From IMG/VR virus record IMGVR_UViG_3300036985_002412, positions 1 through 59,039 of that record: a stretch of DNA of 59,039 nt, one strand, 5' to 3'. Both the position numbers and the translations under genes were made by a program. The stretch's first letter is position 1, and each line of letters begins with the position of its first letter. The DNA comes from a virus. Its lineage: Duplodnaviria > Caudoviricetes. The notes beneath the pieces are model-generated. The model had not been told where the DNA came from, did not search any database, and saw only the letters and a list, made by a program, of their open reading frames with translations. Shown here in pieces: positions 55,478 through 59,039 of this stretch.

Positions 55478-56602
55478 ATGGAAAACACAGGATTACAGTT
55501 ATCAGATTTGAAGGTAAATAATTTACCAGAGTTACAAGGTTGGAAAGAGAAGCAGGAGAAGTTAGTTTCAGAAAATCCATTTGTAGAAATTACGGACAAC
55601 AAGAGTTATGAAGTTGCTTGTAAAAGTCGTACTAATCTTTTGAAAGGTCGTACTGAATTGGAGAAGCAAGACAAATTAATTGCATCTCAACTGACTTCAT
55701 TTAGAAAAGATGTAAAGTTAGAAACGGATAATTTGATTGCTATTACTTTACCATTTGAAGAAAGGCAACAATCAGAAGTAAAGCGATTTGAAGCTATTAA
55801 AGAAGCAGAAAAGCAAGAGAAAGAACTTTTAGAGCAATTACGAATTGATGATATAAAAAAACGTATTAATTCGTTTGAAACTGATAGTTACAAAATCATT
55901 CAGGAAACTACTATTGAAAATGTAGAAATACACAAGACAATGTTAAATCTTTTTTTGAAACATGATTTTGACTATGAGGAATATGATGTTATGTTTGAAC
56001 TAGCAAAAATCCGTGTTCAAACTTCATGGGATGCTAAATGTAAAGACATTAAGGAAAAAGAAGAACAGCGTTTGGAGAATGAAAAATTGGCTGAAGAAAA
56101 CAGACTATTAAAAGAAGCTAATTTAGAACGTGAGAATAAAGCCAAAGAAGAAAAAGAAAAGATATTTGAGATTCGTAAAGTAAGGTTAGAAGAAATTGGA
56201 GTTCAATTACAAGGGGAATGTTTTTTTTCAATAGAAACTGATGCTTTATGTGATAAAGAATTTGTTTTTAATTCAGATACTATTGAATTTGAAACATTAA
56301 TTACTGATGCTAAATTGGCTATCCAAAAAGCTAAATCCAATGCAGAAGAATTTGAAAAGCAAAAAGCCATTGATTTAAAATTAGCTGAAGAAGATGCGGA
56401 ACGTTTGAAGAAAGAAAACAAACAAAGAGTAGCTAAATATTCATCGGACAAAAAACTTCTTAAAGAATTTGTCAAAAGTTTAGAATTTAGTAATCCAGTA
56501 CCGGAATTAGAGAACGAAGATTTGCAATCAATTTTGGATAATATTCTATTGGAATTGCAAAACACAAGAGGTCATTTATTAACTCAAATCAATTTATTTT
56601 AA
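55478..56602 (+). CDS. long coiled-coil protein of the recombination module
   Basis: Glu/Lys-rich coiled coil before the RecT-like gene. Confidence 0.65.
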   Translation: MENTGLQLSDLKVNNLPELQGWKEKQEKLVSENPFVEITDNKSYEVACKSRTNLLKGRTELEKQDKLIASQLTSFRKDVKLETDNLIAITLPFEERQQSEVKRFEAIKEAEKQEKELLEQLRIDDIKKRINSFETDSYKIIQETTIENVEIHKTMLNLFLKHDFDYEEYDVMFELAKIRVQTSWDAKCKDIKEKEEQRLENEKLAEENRLLKEANLERENKAKEEKEKIFEIRKVRLEEIGVQLQGECFFSIETDALCDKEFVFNSDTIEFETLITDAKLAIQKAKSNAEEFEKQKAIDLKLAEEDAERLKKENKQRVAKYSSDKKLLKEFVKSLEFSNPVPELENEDLQSILDNILLELQNTRGHLLTQINLF

Positions 56603-56604
56603 TT

Positions 56605-57345
56605 ATGTCAAACATCGTAAAAGCAGAAAGTTCAATATTTAGCACAATTGCTTCATTTGAAGATGGTCAAAGAATCGCAAAAGGGCTTTGTAGTTCAGAT
56701 TTAGTTCCACAAGCATACAAAGGTAATATTCCCAATACAATGATTGCTTTAGAAATGGCAACACGTATCGGAGTAAGTCCATTTATGGTAATGCAAAACC
56801 TTGATATTATTCAAGGAAAACCAAGTTGGAGAAGTTCATTTATTATTGCGGCTTTAAATTCATGTGGTCGTTTTAAGCCATTAAAATTTGAGTTTGTTGG
56901 TACAGATACTCAAAGTGATTCTTATGGTTGTAGAGCATACACAGATGATTTTGATGGAAATAGAATTACTGGGCCGATGGTTACTTGGTTAATGGTAAAA
57001 TCGGAAGGTTGGTTAAGTAAAACTGGTTCAAAATGGAAAACAATGCCAGAGTTAATGTTTCAATATCGTGCCGCAAGTTTTTTTGGTAGATTATATGCAC
57101 CTGATATTTTAAATGGTATGCAATCAGTAGAAGAAGTAAAAGATGTTTTAGGAACTATTGATACAGAGTATGAGGATGTTTCAAAGCATGAAAAGCTAGT
57201 AGAATTGTTTGAGTTAAAAAAGGAATTGATTTCCGAAACAGATTTAGTTTTTGTTCAAAAGGTAATTAACGACAAGGACAAAGCTAATTACGACAAAGTA
57301 ATTTACAACCTAAACAAGCTTAAAAATGAACAACAAGCCAAATAG
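56605..57345 (+). CDS. RecT/Redbeta-like single-strand annealing protein
   Basis: VP..Y.G, PFMVMQNL.II.GKPSW, SKWKTMPELM..YRA and YAPD.L.G motifs. Confidence 0.75.
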   Translation: MSNIVKAESSIFSTIASFEDGQRIAKGLCSSDLVPQAYKGNIPNTMIALEMATRIGVSPFMVMQNLDIIQGKPSWRSSFIIAALNSCGRFKPLKFEFVGTDTQSDSYGCRAYTDDFDGNRITGPMVTWLMVKSEGWLSKTGSKWKTMPELMFQYRAASFFGRLYAPDILNGMQSVEEVKDVLGTIDTEYEDVSKHEKLVELFELKKELISETDLVFVQKVINDKDKANYDKVIYNLNKLKNEQQAK

Positions 57346-57378
57346 AGTTGCAAAGTTTTGTAATTAAAAAAAGTTTCT

Positions 57379-57488
57379 TATATTTGCAACGCTAGTTCGT
57401 TACAAATGAAATCACAAAAGAAACCCGATTGCTTACAATGCCTTCTGCTAATACTTAGCAAACGGACTAGCCTTTGTTCGTAATCGGG
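57379..57488 (+). promoter_or_regulatory. TATATTTG promoter with pseudoknot-like leader
   Basis: GCTAGTTCGTT is complementary to AACGGACTAGC inside the CCCGATTGC/GTAATCGGG hairpin. Confidence 0.6.
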
Positions 57489-57498
57489 AATTTTTGTT

Positions 57499-57873
57499 AT
57501 GGAAAATCAAATTGAAATTTGGAAAGACATTTTGAACTCTAAAGGAGAATATCAAGTGTCTAATCTTGGAAGAATTAAAAGTGTTAAAAGAATAGTTAAT
57601 AGAAGTCATAGAATATTGCCTATTAAAAGTAGAATATTAAAAACATCTATTAGTAATTCTGGATATGAACTTGTTTTTATAAGGTTTAAAGGCATTAAAA
57701 AAGGCTTTTATGTTCATCGTTTAGTTGCTCAATCATTTATAGAAAATATTTACAATAAACTTGATGTAAATCACATAAACGGAATTAAAACAGATAATAG
57801 ATTATTAAATTTAGAATGGTGTACTAGAAAAGAAAATATGGAACATTATAAAAAACATTTAAAAAAATGGTAG
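57499..57873 (+). CDS. NUMOD4-HNH homing endonuclease
   Basis: EIWKDI..Y.VSNLGRIKS; VHRLVA..F...VNHINGIKTDN...NLEW.T..EN. Confidence 0.9.
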   Translation: MENQIEIWKDILNSKGEYQVSNLGRIKSVKRIVNRSHRILPIKSRILKTSISNSGYELVFIRFKGIKKGFYVHRLVAQSFIENIYNKLDVNHINGIKTDNRLLNLEWCTRKENMEHYKKHLKKW

Positions 57874-58607
57874 AAATAGTAGAAAGAATAGGGAGGTTTA
57901 CGAGTTCCAACATTTGGAAATTAACAACATCCGATCGTAGTGGAAAAACATTTGGTTCAGCTGGATTGACTTATATAAAAGAAAAATCTGCTGAAAGATA
58001 TTTAGGTCGTTCTGTTGATTTAGGGAAAGATTCACAAGCCACTGTTTGGGGAAAGGTTGCGGAGCATTTTTGTAATTTTTTCCATTTAGATTTAAGTTAT
58101 CAATTAATTTCAAATAAAACAGTAGTGCATCCTAAGTATGATTTTTGGACAGGAAGTCCTGATGCAAAGAAATTAGATACAGTAGGGGAGATAAAATGCT
58201 TTGAACCTAAAAAATATTTTGCTTTATCAATGGCGTTGTTAAAGCTAAATGAAAATCAAATTACAATAGAAGATTTTAAAAAAGAGTTTGACGATATTTA
58301 TTGGCAAGTGGTTTCAAACAGTATTTTATTAAACACAAAATATGCTGAAATAATTGCATTTATGCCAAATGAAGAACAGCTATTAGAAATTAGACAATCT
58401 ATTGAGGAAACAAATGTTTTAGAATTGTTAGGTATAGACCCATGGAAAGCTAGATACATCTATGAAGAACCAATAAGTCATTTGCCTTTCGTTAAAAACG
58501 AAAATTATCCAACATTTGTAAGTCATAAATTTGAACCAAGTGTTGAGGATAAAGTATTCTTAACAAAGCGAGTATTAGAGGCTATTAAAATTTTAAACAA
58601 AATATAA
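57867..58607 (+). CDS. YqaJ/lambda-exonuclease-like recombinase exonuclease
   Basis: R.GRFTSS, WG...E, GSPD, EIKC and YWQ motifs. Confidence 0.8.
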   Translation: MVEIVERIGRFTSSNIWKLTTSDRSGKTFGSAGLTYIKEKSAERYLGRSVDLGKDSQATVWGKVAEHFCNFFHLDLSYQLISNKTVVHPKYDFWTGSPDAKKLDTVGEIKCFEPKKYFALSMALLKLNENQITIEDFKKEFDDIYWQVVSNSILLNTKYAEIIAFMPNEEQLLEIRQSIEETNVLELLGIDPWKARYIYEEPISHLPFVKNENYPTFVSHKFEPSVEDKVFLTKRVLEAIKILNKI

Positions 58608-58725
58608 TTATGAAAAAAATTAAAACAGATATTTGCGGATTTGGAGTGGCTTATGACACAAAGGCAAAAGAATTATTAATTCATTTTTTGTTTTGGTGTT
58701 TTGAAATTAAAATAAAAATGTAATT

Positions 58726-59039
58726 ATGACAAAGCAAATACAATCAAAAGAAGAAGCTATTGAAAGTGTAATGTATGGAAACAAACACGACTTCAATAAA
58801 ATATTTGGTTTTGCCGAATTATGGGTAAAAACTCAATTTAGATGGTTTAGTGCTGATGATTTAAAAGAGGCATATTATTCAGCAGGAAATTTACCTCCAC
58901 AGCAATTAAATGTATTTGGAGCAGTATTTAGTAATCTTTCAAAATCAAAACTTATATTTCATTTTGGATTTACAAAATCTATACATAAAGTAGCACATGG
59001 TAGAGATTTAAAAACGTGGATTAGCTTAGAATATAAATT
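58726..59039 (+). CDS. hypothetical protein, truncated by the window end
   Basis: Open frame from ATG 58726 to the end of the window. Confidence 0.55.
   Translation, partial: MTKQIQSKEEAIESVMYGNKHDFNKIFGFAELWVKTQFRWFSADDLKEAYYSAGNLPPQQLNVFGAVFSNLSKSKLIFHFGFTKSIHKVAHGRDLKTWISLEYK

Noticed and set aside
263-58113. Minus-strand ORFs in the six-frame track (e.g. 14903..15289, 22566..22934, 56203..56565)
   Set aside because: Nearly all lie antisense to longer plus-strand genes and none shows a recognisable motif; treated as shadow ORFs.

Overview
AT-rich, essentially all plus-strand tailed-phage DNA with Bacteroidota (Flavobacterium-like) TAnnTTTG promoters. It appears to contain two different phages. 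Phage A (~1-33.4 kb) looks like a complete siphovirus: sigma factor, terminase, tail, capsid, portal, fibre, GH24 lysis module, primase-helicase and SF2 helicase. Bases 1-127 recur exactly at 33447-33573, consistent with a circular 33,446-bp genome. Phage B (~33.6-59 kb, partial) has a lambda-type portal, fibres, an M15 endolysin module, a DnaB-like helicase and a RecT/exonuclease module. The join lies in a shared mini-cassette region and may be an assembly chimera. The main discovery is an integron-like gene-cassette system. Nine cassettes (3 at 1765-3335, 6 at 43605-49293) each consist of a YAAC...GTTR imperfect hairpin followed by an ORF. Each ORF segment has private ~15-bp complementary ends with a conserved T:G wobble. 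The second array ends 51 bp before an intact tyrosine recombinase that lacks the IntI-specific insertion, and four of its six cassettes encode DNA-modification enzymes. Other observations: a second cassette-junction repeat family, four pseudoknot-like leaders, a probable phage-sigma leaderless late promoter, a poly-G-frameshifted methyltransferase, a -1 frameshift tail chaperone and a tRNA-like element. All calls come from reading motifs and gene context; no database searches were run.
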